DNA from: Eledone cirrhosa
Taxonomy: Eukaryota
NCBI GenBank assembly: GCA_964016885.1
Contig: OZ024754.1
Coordinates: 9,610,001 to 9,674,000 of the forward strand
Direction of reading: 5' to 3'
Length of the DNA stretch: 64,000 nt
Part shown: positions 39,460 through 51,846 of the stretch, one piece after another
How positions within the stretch are numbered: the stretch's first letter is position 1
Layout: the number at the start of each line of letters is the position of its first letter
The notes under the pieces: model-generated
Database searches by the model: none
Seen by the model: only the letters and a program-made list of their open reading frames with translations
Told to the model about the DNA's origin: nothing
Program-made: the position numbers and the translations under genes

Positions 39460-41228
39460 CTAGGCCAGCAATTATCCCAGTACATTACTGGTACTTTATT
39501 TTATTGAACCCGTAAGCATGAAAGGCAAAGTTAACCTCGGCGGGATTTGAACTCAGAATGGCAAGGGCCGTAACTCTATGCGTCAAAGCATGGCGTCCGA
39601 CCCTCTACTGATACTGCCAAGTATATATAATATCTGTCTATACTGTCGGCACAAGGCCAGCAATTATCCCAGTACATTACTGGTACTTTATTTTATTGAA
39701 CCCGTAAGCATGAAAGGCAAAGTTAACCTCGGCGGGATTTGAACTCAGAATGGCAAGGGCCGTAACTCTATGCGTCAAAGCATGGCGTCCGACCCTCTAC
39801 TGATACTGCCAAGTATATATAATATCTGTCTATACTTTCGGCACAAGGCCAGCAATTATCCCAGTACATTACTGGTACTTTATTTTATTGAAACCGTAAG
39901 CATGAAAGGCAAAGTTAACCTCGGCGGGATTTGAACTCAGAATGGCAAGGGCCGTAACTCTATGCGTCAAAGCATGGCGTCCGACTCTCTACTGATACTG
40001 CCAAGTATATATAATATCTGTCTATACTTTCGGCACTAGGCCAGCAATTATCCCAGTACATTACTGGTACTTTATTTTATTGAAACCGTAAGCATGAAAG
40101 GCAAAGTTAACCTCGGTGGGATTTGAACTCAGATTGTAAAGGGCCGTAACTCTATGCGTCAAAGCATGGCGTCCGAGAAATAATTGTTTCTACTTTCGGC
40201 ACAAGGCCAGCAATTATCCCAGTACATTACTGGTACTTTATTTTATTGAAACCGTAAGCATGAAAGGCAAAGTTAACCTCGGTGGGATTTGAACTCAGAT
40301 TGTAAAGGGCCGTAACTCTATGCGTCAAAGCATGGCGTCCGAGAAATAATTGTTTCTACTTTCGGCACAAGGCCAGCAATTATCCCAGTACATTACTGGT
40401 ACTTTATTTTATTGAAACCGTAAGCATGAAAGGCAAAGTTAACCTCGGTGGGATTTGAACTCAGATTGTAAAGGGCCGTAACTCTATGCGTCAAAGCATG
40501 GCGTCCGAGAAATAATTGTTTCTACTTTCGGCACAAGGCCAGCAATTATCCCAGTACATTACTGGTACTTTATTTTATTGAAACCGTAAGCATGAAAGGC
40601 AAAGTTAACCTCGGTGGGATTTGAACTCAGATTGTAAAGGGCCGTAACTCTATGCGTCAAAGCATGGCGTCCGAGAAATAATTGTTTCTACTTTCGGCAC
40701 AAGGCCAGCAATTATCCCAGTACATTACTGGTACTTTATTTTATTGAAACCGTAAGCATGAAAGGCAAAGTTAACCTCGGTGGGATTTGAACTCAGATTG
40801 TAAAAGGCCGTAACTCTATGCGTCAAAGCATGGCGTCCGACTCTCTACTGATACTGCCAAGTATATATAATATCTGTCTATACTTTCGGCACAAGGCCAG
40901 CAATTATCCCAGTACGTTACTGGTACTTTATTTTATTGAAACCGTAAGCATGAAAGGCAAAGTTAACCTCGGTGGGATTTGAACTCAGATTGTAAAGGGC
41001 CGTAACTCTATGCGTCAAAGCATGGCGTCCGAGAAATAATTGTTTCTACTTTCGGCACAAGGCCAGCAATTATCCCAGTACATTACTGGTACTTTATTTT
41101 ATTGAACCCGTAAGCATGAAAGGCAAAGTTAACCTCGGTGGGATTTGAACTCAGATTGTAAAGGGCCGTAACTCTATGCGTCAAAGCATGACGTCCGAGA
41201 AATAATTGTTTCTACTTTTGGCACAAGG
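39460..41228 (-). repeat. Tandem array of SINE-A units (192- and 166-bp types)
   Basis: AGGC at 39462, 39654, 39846, 40038, 40204, 40370, 40536, 40702, 40894, 41060, 41226. Confidence 0.93.
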
Positions 41229-41372
41229 CTGAGCTCCGGCTGTTTCGACAGCTAGATCCGAACATATTACCCACTCTACTACCCTAAGTATTGAGTACTC
41301 TGGTGCGTTAGGGTCCACCTGGTATCTAACCACACCTTCTTTGTTATATATATATATATATGGATATATATA

Positions 41373-41629
41373 TTCCCCAAGCTCAAGGGGGTCATCAAGG
41401 GGACCCGTTTTGAAGACGTGGACGACATCAAAAAGACCGTGACGAGGGAACTGCGGAGGATCCCAGAAGAATCCTTCCAGGAGTGCATGCAAGCGTGGTA
41501 GAAAAGGATGGAAAAGTGCATTAGACTCCAGGGGGATTACTTTGAAGGAGAAAACTCTTAGTGTGAAGTTTGGGTTTGAAATATATCTTTTGTGACATCA
41601 GTCCTGGAACTTTTCTGACGCACCTCGTA
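41373..41629 (+). mobile_element. mariner transposon 3' fragment
   Basis: FPKLKGVIKGTRFEDVDDIK...FQECMQAW*KRMEKCIRLQGDYFEGE, then TIR ...CTTTTCTGACGCACCTCG-TA. Confidence 0.92.
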
Positions 41630-41664
41630 TATATTTATATATATATATATATATATATGTGTGT

Positions 41665-41842
41665 ATGTAAAAGGTAAACAGAAATAACAACACAAAAGTA
41701 CAGTATATGGAAGAAATATATTAGTTTAACGCTTGAAATAGCAGGAAGAGGGTCTTATTGTTTCGGTCTTTCAGATGCTAGTTAGTCCTTCATCAGAAGA
41801 AAAAATGAAAAATTAGAAAGATTGAGGAGATGGGCAGGACGG

Positions 41843-41847
<5 letters not shown>
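41665..41847 (-). mobile_element. PLE-type LTR-like repeat with degenerate hammerhead
   Basis: Reverse complement of 41753-41800: TCTT-CTGATGA-AGGACT...AGACC-GAAAC-AAT-AAGA. Homologous to 14600-14752. Confidence 0.62.
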
Positions 41848-41886
<39 letters not shown>

Positions 41887-41964
41887 ATAATAGTAAATTT
41901 GAAGACTAAAATCCAAAGAGGGCTCGATAAGGATAAATATATATCAAATATATAAGAACCAGCT

Positions 41965-42445
41965 TATATCTGAAGTCGAAAAGACAACCACACCCAATAT
42001 AATTTACACTGGGAGATCCTAGCTAGGGCTAGATCGTATAACAGAAATAAAAGACCATGTGACCTCTGCGCCGCTGAGGCCCTGGAAATACTCTACACCA
42101 CAGACCACATCTTAAACAAAAAATCTGAGGCAATTTCGGCTTGTAAACATAAATTGCACAAACCTTTCCTGTATTACAGCCCCACGTTATACCCTAACGG
42201 ATAGTACGATCTATACGTGGATATTTTACATCTTGATGTGGGAGCTAAGTATATGTTTTGTTTATACCATTATTTATTTGCATAGCGAACGTTTCCACGA
42301 ACCATAGTATCATCTTCCGGTCTTCCTCCGGTTGAAACGTTTTTTGAAATATCCACTTCTGCGTTTACAGATTGACTTTGTTAGTTTCAGAAGATCCCGT
42401 TAAGGGTGAAAGCAACGATTCTTTGCTTAAACTTTAATCTGTTAT
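41965..42445 (+). mobile_element. Penelope-like element 3' fragment (GIY-YIG C-terminus)
   Basis: YI*SRKDNHTQYNLHWEILARARSYNRNKRPCDLCAAEALEIL...LNKKSEAISACKH, typical of the WxI...Y...CxLC..E...LNK+SE...CxH PLE tail. Confidence 0.82.
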
Positions 42446-42473
42446 TTTAATAAATAATATATATATATATATG

Positions 42474-42859
42474 AAGACCCGCCTTGCCAGTAGGCATCTC
42501 TAACAAAATACACCCCGTCCCACCACCCCCACCCCCACCCCATCCACACCACCCCGTTCTATGTAAAGTTATGTTGGTGCCGCGCCATCCAGGCCGAAAC
42601 AAATGAGATCGTGTAGGTGTCACGACAAAAAAACACACAGTCCACGCTGTAATGTGGCCGTGTAGGCAACACGGTAAAAACCTCCCAGCCCCACACTGTA
42701 AATGTGGTTGGTGTTAGGAAGGGCATCCAACTGTAGAAAACCTGCCAGACAGTCCTATGCGAGCAAGACAATCACTCTTGCCTCAAGTGGGACTACCCCC
42801 GTCCAAACCCATGCAAGCGTGGAACACGGACGTTAAACGTTGATGATGATGATGATGAT
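42474..42859 (+). mobile_element. RTE 3' UTR copy
   Basis: GAAGACCCGCCTTGCC...CATGCAAGCGTGGAACACGGACGTTAAACG-(GAT)n. Confidence 0.87.
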
Positions 42860-42999
42860 ATATATATATATATATAATCATTATCATCATTGTTTAATGG
42901 CCATCTTCCACGCTAGCATGGGTTAGACGGCAATTGTCCCACTTGTGGCAAGATTGATCAAGTGACCATGTCTCACTTGTATAGTACTGTATATATATA

Positions 43000-43583
43000 T
43001 GGTGGCTGCCAACTCGTTTTCGAGTACGGCCACTACTTTATATCCATGTAGGAGAACTCCTACTGATGCGCTAAACAAGTGTGACTTTTTAGTCCAGCCA
43101 GCGACTTGAAAACTCTGGTACAAACACTACACTTGTGACAATTATTGACACATAGTGCTGGGCCCATGGTACCATGTGATGACAAGTGCAGAGAGATCTC
43201 CAGATATAAAGCAATGCCTGTGCCGTGAAGCTTTTATAGTGAGGAAAGGCACTGCACAAAGCCAGTCCCACTCTCTTAACCAAGATGATATTTACCAAAA
43301 AGAAGAACAAGTCAACATCATTGGATACCATCAGGGTTGCAGGTGTTATATCAGAGTTTTCCTTCTCCTAGAATTCTGCCTTGACAAAGGCTAAGGGGTC
43401 ATCTCTCCCGGTGATTTTGGATGGCCATTGACTCTTAAGAGCTCCTTTGCCCTTTGACAGGTTTTGTTTTTAGTCCTGCAGGATGTCCAAAGTCACCCTC
43501 CTCACCAAGAAACCTTGGTGGGGTTGCCAGTTTAGTCGCCAACGACCCGACCATGAGACAGGTTGTACTGGGATACATGTTAC
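43000..43583 (-). mobile_element. Family C repeat copy
   Basis: Colinear with 6484-7070. Confidence 0.85.
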
Positions 43584-43692
43584 TATATATATGTTACTAT
43601 ATATATATAGTAATAATAATAAATTTGAAGACTAAAATCCAAAGAGGGCTCGATAAGGATAAATATATATTAAATATATAAGAACCGTAGAG

Positions 43693-43733
<41 letters not shown>

Positions 43734-43818
43734 ATAATAATAAATTTGAAGACTAAAATCCAAAGAGGGCTCGATAAGGATAAATATATATTAAATATAT
43801 AAGAACCGTAGAGCAATA

Positions 43819-43853
<35 letters not shown>

Positions 43854-44548
43854 GGAATTTTTCTTCACAAGTTGATGTTACAATGATCTATTTTGAGACC
43901 AGCCCTATTTATAACTGCATACAAAGGATATTTGCTTCATTACCAAAGTGTTGAAACTTGTTACTAGGAAGACATTATGACACACAAGCATTGTTGAGTT
44001 AATCTTTATGTTAAATGAAAGATTTTTATTAATTATATAAAGAATAAAAGAAGGACTGGGCAGATGTTGTTTGGTGTGTTCACACATTAGTGAGATAATT
44101 GTAAGTACAATAGCTTATGTGGCGACAGTTTAATCACACACAGAATGAAAGAACATTTTTGTGTACAACAATCAATAACTCTGTGAACTTTAACTGTTAC
44201 ATCAATCAAAAGGTGAAGATAGTCACTAACATACTATAAATGGTCAGAAAAACCTTTGTTGGTTGTTCTTAAGATGTTTTTGCCCGTTTGTACAAGTCAT
44301 TAAACAGAATTATTTAACCCTTTCAAGTCCAGCTTGCCTGAGACTGGAACCACACTATTAACCCTTTCATTACTATATTTCCATTGAAAGACACTGTCTA
44401 AGTGTTTCAATTAATTTTTCTTCACAAGTTGATGTTACAATGATATGGAGAAATTTTGTAAAATAAATAACTTTTTTATGCGAAACCTGATATTTAAAAT
44501 GTTACTTAACCAAACACTCTAACATAAAATTATGATGAAATGGTTTAA

Positions 44549-44766
44549 CCATTTAGCATTTACATTACTCAATAATTACTATTGTATTTTAATGGAAAAG
44601 GCTTTATCTCACATAATTATCTCACATAATATCGAATCTATGAGATTTTGATATTACTTATTTTGAGAACAATACCTTAACATGGGTATAAGATGGTTAT
44701 GGCCAGTTTGAACAGAAAGAGGTGAGAGAATTCTGGCTGGATATGTTTGGTTTAAATCCTAAATGG
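44549..44766. mobile_element. piggyBac-like MITE, nested in an older TTAA element (~44316-44832)
   Basis: TTAA-CCATTTAGCATTTA ... TAAATCCTAAATGG. Outer ends TTAACCCTTT and AAAAGGTTAA. Confidence 0.7.
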
Positions 44767-45189
44767 TTACACAGCAGTTTTGTATAACAGAACAAGAGAT
44801 AATTTCAGGTAGGTTAGTATTAAAAAGGTTAATGATCGAATTTGTATTCAAATACTAAGCTGCTATTTCATTGTAAGATAAAAGTTAGTATTCAATTGGG
44901 AAACATTTGTCTACTATTAAAAAGGAAATGAAAGTCTGTTCAGTAATCACACTGGTTTCAATAGTGTTAAGTGACAGAGTAAAAGACTTCTTCCTGGATG
45001 GGATACTAGTTCACCTCAGGGTTAACACTCCAGCTGCTGCTACTGGTACTCCTTTATATTCAGTTGAGTGGATTGGAGTAACATGTGCAGCCCAGTTTGA
45101 GTATCAAACCTTGTACCCTTACAAATTTATGATCATGAGCTCAACACCCTATTCATCATCATCCAGCTTTTGATTATGCAGGAGACAAT

Positions 45190-45745
45190 TAAAACCTTAG
45201 TAGGGGTGGGTCCTGTCTGACAGCGCTCCTTAGTGTCCCACTCCTTATGTTTCTATCCACCAGTCTCACTTGGGCCAGGCCAAGCCTAGCTTGATCCCAA
45301 CGGACATCCTCCATCCAAGTCCTTTTTGGTCTTTCTGGGTCTCTACTGCCTCCTGGATCGACATTCATCACTTTGCTGATCCAGCCCTCACTGTGCTCCA
45401 CATGGCTGTACCAGTGTCTTCCTGGGGCCTCTACACCTCTACTGCCTCCTGGATCGACATTCATCCCTTTGCTGATCCAGCCCTCACTGTGCTCCACATG
45501 GCTGTACCAGTGTCTTCCTGGGGCCTCTACACCTCTACTGCCTCTTGGATCGACATTCATCCCTTTGCTGATCCAGCCCTCACTGTGCTCCACATGGCTG
45601 TACCAGTGTCTTCCTGGGGTCTCTACACCTCTACTGCCTCCTGGATCGACATTCATCACTTTGCTGATCCAGCCTTCACTGCACTCGACATGGCTGTACC
45701 AGGGCATGCATCTCATGTGAAGTACATCCTCAAGGTCATCGATCA
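45190..45745 (-). mobile_element. RTE-like C-terminal relic with internal 96-bp tandem repeat
   Basis: WYSHVEHSEGWISKV...RPKRTW...V..D...LGL....DR. CTCTACTGCCTC recurs at 45341, 45437, 45533, 45629. Confidence 0.8.
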
Positions 45746-46039
45746 ACAGTCTTTACAAGATCTCAGTTGAGCTGACATTGGACGACATGCTTTCCAACAT
45801 AGAGTTACGTCCCTTTACAGACTGAGTTCAAATCCCGCTGAGGTTAACTTTGCCTTTCACCCTTACGGGGGGTCGATAAAATAAAGTACCAGTAATATAC
45901 TGGGTAATTGCTGGCCTTGTGCCAAAAGTAGAAACAATTATTATAATTATTATCAATAATTAAGTTGAAAATTACTTATTTCACTAAACCTATCATCATT
46001 TCTTCTGCCAGGAGTTGTAACCAGTAGATAACATCAGCA

Positions 46040-46100
46040 ATGGATAGACAAATGGAAACATTGTCTCCTTGGTCCGATTTGACAAGTTCCCCTCCATTTG
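46040..46100 (+). CDS. Candidate gene, first coding exon (exon 46012-46100): MDRQMETLSPWSDLTSSPPF
   Basis: Branch-like CACTAA, acceptor CATTTCTTCTGCCAG, in-frame TAG upstream of the ATG, donor TTG|GTAAGC (phase 1). Confidence 0.45.
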
Positions 46101-46511
46101 GTAAGCGAATAAGGTGTGGGGGTCTTGTCAACAGATTTCCTTGTCATTATTCCTGATTATTTTGAAAATAACATCAAAAGATTTTAAATACTACATCTAT
46201 CTATGTATCTGTCTCCTTTTCTCTCTGGCTAGGAATTGTAGTTGATGCTCTACAGCTTAACAAACAACAGGTTAAAAGAACCATATCACCTTTTGGTTTT
46301 AAACAACACCTTATTCTGTCTGGTGGCATGTTTGTTTGTTTTTTTAGTGTTTGTTTTTAGTGGGTTTTTTTTAGTGTTTGTTTATATCTGTTTTGATGCA
46401 AGATGCTTTATTATTCTTTACTTTTTGTATTACTTCTCTCTCTATATATAGTTTCTATATTTCCCTACCCCAATATTCAATATTTTCTTTGCTCTCTCTC
46501 TCTCTAAATAA

Positions 46512-46544
<33 letters not shown>

Positions 46545-46575
46545 TAACATATAGACATTTATATATATATATAAG

Positions 46576-46872
46576 GAAAGGTTGTGAGTTCAATTCTCAG
46601 ACCAGGTGATGTGTTGTTTCCTTGAGCAAGACACTTTATTTCACATTGCTCCAGTTTACTCAGCTGTAGAAATGAGATGATAGGGACTGGGGTCCATATC
46701 ATTCCACTGTAAAGTGGTCGTAGGGGTGCCACGGCAAAAAAGCACCCAGCACTCACTGTAAATGAGGTTGGTGTTAGGAAGAGCATCCAGCTGTAGAAAT
46801 CAAGCCAGAATCAGTTCCCGTCCCACCCTTGCAAGCAGGGAAAAGCGGATGTAAAAAGATGATGATGATGAT
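46576..46872 (+). mobile_element. SINE family B (CORE-type with RTE tail), 5'-truncated
   Basis: Matches 51552-51846. Confidence 0.87.
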
Positions 46873-47057
46873 ATATATATATATATATACATTCACATAT
46901 ATATAACATATAGACATTTATATATATATATATATAACACATATATAATACAGCCATTTATATATATATATCTTCAGTTTGTCTATCTCCCCTACCACAA
47001 TGTTTTCTTTGCTTTCAAAGGCTAGAGAGTCAAAATAATTCTGATTTTTCCTTACAG

Positions 47058-47081
47058 AATCATTTTCAAGTATAAAATCTG
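47058..47081 (+). CDS. Candidate 24-nt microexon (ESFSSIKS)
   Basis: CTGATTTTTCCTTACAG|AATCATTTTCAAGTATAAAATCTG|GTAATA; open in phase 1-1. Confidence 0.5.
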
Positions 47082-47273
47082 GTAATATTCTCTCTACCTT
47101 TATGTATATAACGTAGCATGGTTTATAGACTAACGCTACTTAAACTGTACTTTTGTATCAATAACTATTATAACAGAATGTTATGTTTAGTGACTATAAC
47201 ACAAACAACTGTGGAACTAGTAACTATACATACTGAGTGTATTTAAACACCATTTCGCTATATATATGTTTTA

Positions 47274-47306
<33 letters not shown>

Positions 47307-47464
47307 CTCTCTTTGCATCTCCCTCTCTGTCTCTTTCTTTCTCTCTCTCTTTCTATCCATCTCTTGCGTGCTCACTGTCTCTTTCTTTCCCCCTCTCTCT
47401 CTCTCCCTTCCTCTTTGTCTCTTTCTCTCTCACACACACACACACACGCATACACACACACACA

Positions 47465-47497
<33 letters not shown>

Positions 47498-47619
47498 TCA
47501 CATACACATACATACACACACTCTCTCACACATACACACTCTCTCACATACACACATACACATTCTCTCTCTCACATACACACATACACATTCTCTCTCT
47601 CTCTCTCTCACATACACAT

Positions 47620-47650
<31 letters not shown>

Positions 47651-48478
47651 TATACACTCTCTCTCTCTCTCTCACATACACATTCTCTCTCTCTCTCTCT
47701 CACACACATATACATATATACTCTCTCTCTCTCTCACATACACATTCTCTCTCTCTCTCTCACACACACACATACATACATTCTCTCTCTCTCACACATA
47801 TATACATATACACTCTCTCTCACACACACATACATTCTCTCTCTCTCTCTCACACACATATACATATATACTCTCTCTCACACACACACACACATACATT
47901 CTCTCTCTCTCTCTCTCCCCTTTTAGCTGGCCTCTCTTCAGTCCCATAACACAACAGATATGGCTTATGATTTCAAGCCAGAGTAACAATATAACAACAT
48001 TTATGTATAAATTACATCACAGTGTTAGGGAAATTGGGAGAAGAGTTGAGTAGTAGCAGAAATAACTGACACGGCTTTGTACAGCACGTCGCAATGGTGA
48101 CTGAATATAGCTGCAGCCATCTGGAACAATTCCTCTCCTTATTTGTTATAATTAGAAGAATATTTTTCACTGCTTTGCTGCACATTGGAACTCTATTCAA
48201 CACCTGATAATGCTTATGGCTACTCAAAGCCCTTGATCAACTGACTTGAAACATTTTTCTTTGTTATTCAATGTATCGTTTAATGTCAGAAAAGCCAACA
48301 CATACAGATTTATCACACAAAAGTCAAGTAAAACTTGTGCTTAGTTTTGTGGTACTATAAAAGAGCAATTCTACTTCAATTGGTGGAGATGGTGGGGAAG
48401 AGTGAGAGTTCTGCAATTGTTGATTTGATAAAAATTCTATTTTTGAATATTTCTCTATATTTATTTTGTTTGATACAG

Positions 48479-48496
48479 CTGGTCCTTTTATTAGAG
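48479..48496 (+). CDS. Candidate 18-nt microexon (AGPFIR)
   Basis: TTTATTTTGTTTGATACAG|CTGGTCCTTTTATTAGAG|GTAATT; open in phase 1-1. Confidence 0.5.
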
Positions 48497-48822
48497 GTAA
48501 TTCAGCATTTTTTTTTTTTTTTTTTTTTAGGAGGCTTTTGAAAATAGCTAAAATGATTAAGTCTCGGGTACAGAAAATAATCTTTTGTGTGGCACCAAAA
48601 TCTGTACAAAATATTCTGTTATATCAAAATCTCTTTCTGTCCATTTGACAATCTAATCACACAACTATAATGTTCTAAGTATATATTTGTACTCTCCAGT
48701 CCTTTCAATTGAAAATTTCCATTTTTTTCCCCCTTCTTTCTGTCTGAAAAATATTTGATATTTTGTGGCTCGAAAATTAAAATAAGAACTTGCTTTACTT
48801 ATTTACTTATTTATCTTATATT

Positions 48823-49020
48823 AGTGGAAGGAAGTCGCAGTAGAGGAAGACCACGATAAACATGGGCAGAGGTGGTGAGAGCAGACTTCAGATTGCTGAA
48901 ACTCATGGAAGAGATGTCGAAGGACCGTGACAAGTGGAGAGATGCTGAGCTGAATAGGACCCGTCCAACCCTTGCAAGCAGGAAAAAGCGGACATAAAAT
49001 GATGATGATGACGATGATGA
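48823..49020 (+). mobile_element. 3' end of a second RTE family
   Basis: VEGSRSRGRPR*TWAEVV..D...DRDKWR, tail CCTTGCAAGCAGGAAAAAGCGGACATAAAATGATGATG. Shorter copy at 50235-50322. Confidence 0.85.
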
Positions 49021-49221
49021 CTAGTCCCCAGCATGGCCTCAGCCGGATGGCAGGAACAGGTAAAAGAGTAAAAGGGTAAACTCTTGAATAAAGTTCATAC
49101 CAGTATCCCTCTTTAAACTCATGACTGGCTTATTCAGCTAAATTTTGGTAATTTGACAGGAAATTAATCAGTCATCATTACACATCAGTATTAAGGGTTC
49201 ATTGCTAATTGCTTCTAACAG

Positions 49222-49239
49222 GTCTTTCAAATAAGGCAG
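49222..49239 (+). CDS. Candidate 18-nt microexon (GLSNKA)
   Basis: GCTAATTGCTTCTAACAG|GTCTTTCAAATAAGGCAG|GTATAA; open in phase 1-1. Confidence 0.45.
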
Positions 49240-49552
49240 GTATAATTCTTCTCTCCCCCACCACACACTCACTCACTTTCCCTCTCATTTAAACATCTGA
49301 AATACATGTCTAAAATGGTGGACGACACAGCAACTGCTGTTTGTTAATCATTTCTTTTAATACATCAAAATCTGTGCCTTGTCTAGCATGTTATAGATCT
49401 GTAACCACAACACTGCTAAAACAAAATACATCAACTTGCATAAGTGAAATTTTCAATGACCAAAATGACTCTGATACATACATTAATTAGAAATAGCTGT
49501 CAGTTATATTGACATTATGATATTCTCCCAAAAATAAGTTACAACCTTGTAG

Positions 49553-49688
49553 AAGATATTTATTCAAAACAACGAACAGCGGAGGACACGTTTCGCACCT
49601 TTCCGACAGACAACCTTCCCCCGGAAAAAAAACCCCAGTTGATGGATGTGAATCCGAAATATATAGGGACAATTAAATCTTTCCCAAG
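49553..49688 (+). CDS. Candidate internal exon (EDIYSKQRTAEDTFRTFPTDNLPPEKKPQLMDVNPKYIGTIKSFP)
   Basis: CCTTGTAG acceptor, open frame entered in phase 1, GC/CpG-richer than flanks, donor AAG|GTAACT (phase 2). Confidence 0.5.
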
Positions 49689-49972
49689 GTAACTCTTTCT
49701 CGTGTTGTTATTTTTATTTTTATCCTTTACGCTCTTTGCTTCATTCCTCTACACGTCTTCTACATGCCACGCATCTCAACGAACACCCACTTACATCTCT
49801 CTCTCCACCACCGGATCTTGTTACCTGGAGATTTACCCATCTGCATTGTCGAGGCTTCCTAATGACTTAAAGAAATTTACCTTATTATTCCACAATGCTT
49901 CAAGCAAACTTCAATACTCTGTTATATTTATTTTATATTGCAATTGATAAACAATTGTTTTATTTGTTTCAG

Positions 49973-50006
49973 GTTTCCAATGGATCAATTATTGGCTCAC
50001 TACTAA
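49973..50006 (+). CDS. Candidate terminal exon (RFPMDQLLAHY*)
   Basis: TTGTTTTATTTGTTTCAG acceptor, TAA at 50004-50006, AATAAA at 50016-50021. Confidence 0.42.
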
Positions 50007-50949
50007 CATGTTTCCAATAAACTAATCATTGGATTGCTACATTGACAATGGTGATAGAGAAAATGGAGCATCTGTGGAACATGGGTAGAACAAATATCAC
50101 AAAGGGTATTTTTGTTTGAAAACAAAAAAGAAGAAGTTATAATAGACTCTGTTGTTAAAAGTTCAATGACTTGACTAGATTTGATATTATGTGAGATAGT
50201 TATGTGAGATAAAGGGATTACTGAAAATATACATTGTGACAAGTGAAGAGATGCTGTGCTGAATAGGACCCGTCCCACCCTTGCAAGCAGGGAAAAGCAG
50301 ACATAAAATGATGATGATGATGATCATCATCATCATTCATCATCAATTAACATCTATCTTCCATGCTAGCATGGGTTAGACTCTATCTGGTAGTAATCAT
50401 CATCATCATCATCATCATCATTTTACGTCCGCTTTTCCCTGCTTGCAAGGGTGGGACGGGAACTGATACTGGCTTGATTTCTACAGCTGGATGCCCTTCC
50501 TAACACCAACCTCATTTACAGTGAGTGCTGGGTGCTTTTTTTTGCCATGGCACCTCCACGACCACTTTGCAGTGGAATGATAGGGACCTCAGTCCCCTAT
50601 CATCTCATTTCTACAGCTGAGTAGTAAATATAGAGTAATGTAAAAAATCAAAGGGTTAAGGTTATGGTAAACAACATTTATCCAAAATGACATATGCAGT
50701 GGGATTGAACCTGGCAATAATGATTACATAGGGAACTCCCTAACTATTTTGCCATGCTGCCACAGTACAGCATTGCTAGAAGGATTATGAATCACCACTC
50801 TTTTGGCCGTTTATCCAATAGTAACCAGTTGACTTGGTCGTTTCAACTCATAAACAACTGATCTACACACACACTCAATGAAATATCACTGCCTTCATTC
50901 TATAGCTTATTAGTACATAGCTTTGTGCAACTGGCTGCATCACTGATTT

Positions 50950-51149
50950 NNNNNNNNNNNNNNNNNNNNNNNNNNNNNNNNNNNNNNNNNNNNNNNNNNN
51001 NNNNNNNNNNNNNNNNNNNNNNNNNNNNNNNNNNNNNNNNNNNNNNNNNNNNNNNNNNNNNNNNNNNNNNNNNNNNNNNNNNNNNNNNNNNNNNNNNNNN
51101 NNNNNNNNNNNNNNNNNNNNNNNNNNNNNNNNNNNNNNNNNNNNNNNNN
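50950..51149. other. Assembly gap (200 N)
   Basis: Run of n. Confidence 1.
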
Positions 51150-51509
51150 AGCTGAGTAAACTGGAGCAATGTGAAATAAAGTGTCTTGCTCAAGGAAACA
51201 ACACATCACCCGGTCTAAGAATTGAACTCACAACCTTTCGATTGCAAGGCCAATACTCTAACCACTAAGCCATGTGCCTCCACATTCTCATATAAAATTA
51301 TGATTGAAGGTTTTTAGATATATACTTCAAAATATACAATTTTGTATTGTAGAAGAAGGAGTGGAGACATTTTGGTATAAAATGGGATAACACTCTTGTT
51401 ACTATATTTCTAATAATATATAATTATATTTTAATAAAATGTTGTAGTATGCTAGAAGCAATGTATAATAATATATAATGTATAATAATATATAATATAT
51501 AATATATAT

Positions 51510-51846
51510 GGAGGCACATGGCCTAGTGGTTAGAGCATTGGCCTTGTAATCGAAAGGTTGTGAGTTCAATTCTCAGACAGGGTGATGTGTTGTTTCCTTG
51601 AGCAAGACACTTTATTTCACATTGCTCCAGTTTACTCAGCTGTAGAAATGAGATGATAGGGACTGGGGGTCCCTATCATTCCACTGCAAACTGGTGCCAC
51701 GGGAAAAAAGCACCCAGCACTCACTGTAAATGAGGTTGGTGTTAGGAAGGGCATCCAGCTGTAGAAATCAAGCCAGCATTAGTTCCTGTCCCACCCTTGC
51801 AAGCAGGGAAAAAGCGGACGTAAAATGAAATGATGATGAATGATGA
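51510..51846 (+). mobile_element. SINE family B, full length (tRNA head, CORE-like domain, RTE tail)
   Basis: TGGCCTAGTGG A box, GAGTTCAATTC B box, CCTTGAGCAAGACACTTTA CORE-like motif, tail shared with the RTE at 48823-49020. Minus-strand pieces at 50397-50623 and 51150-51282. Confidence 0.9.

Noticed and set aside
44791-44808. 18-nt microexon-like AACAAGAGATAATTTCAG|GTAGGT
   Set aside because: Falls in the terminal part of a TTAA element and upstream of the candidate ATG exon; likely coincidental.
46233-46322. Extra exon GIVVDALQLNKQQ... and alternative terminal exon LASLQSHNTTDMAYDFKPE* at 47927
   Set aside because: Acceptors are fair but donors are weak (GTTAAA/GTGGCA); left out of the model pending RNA data.
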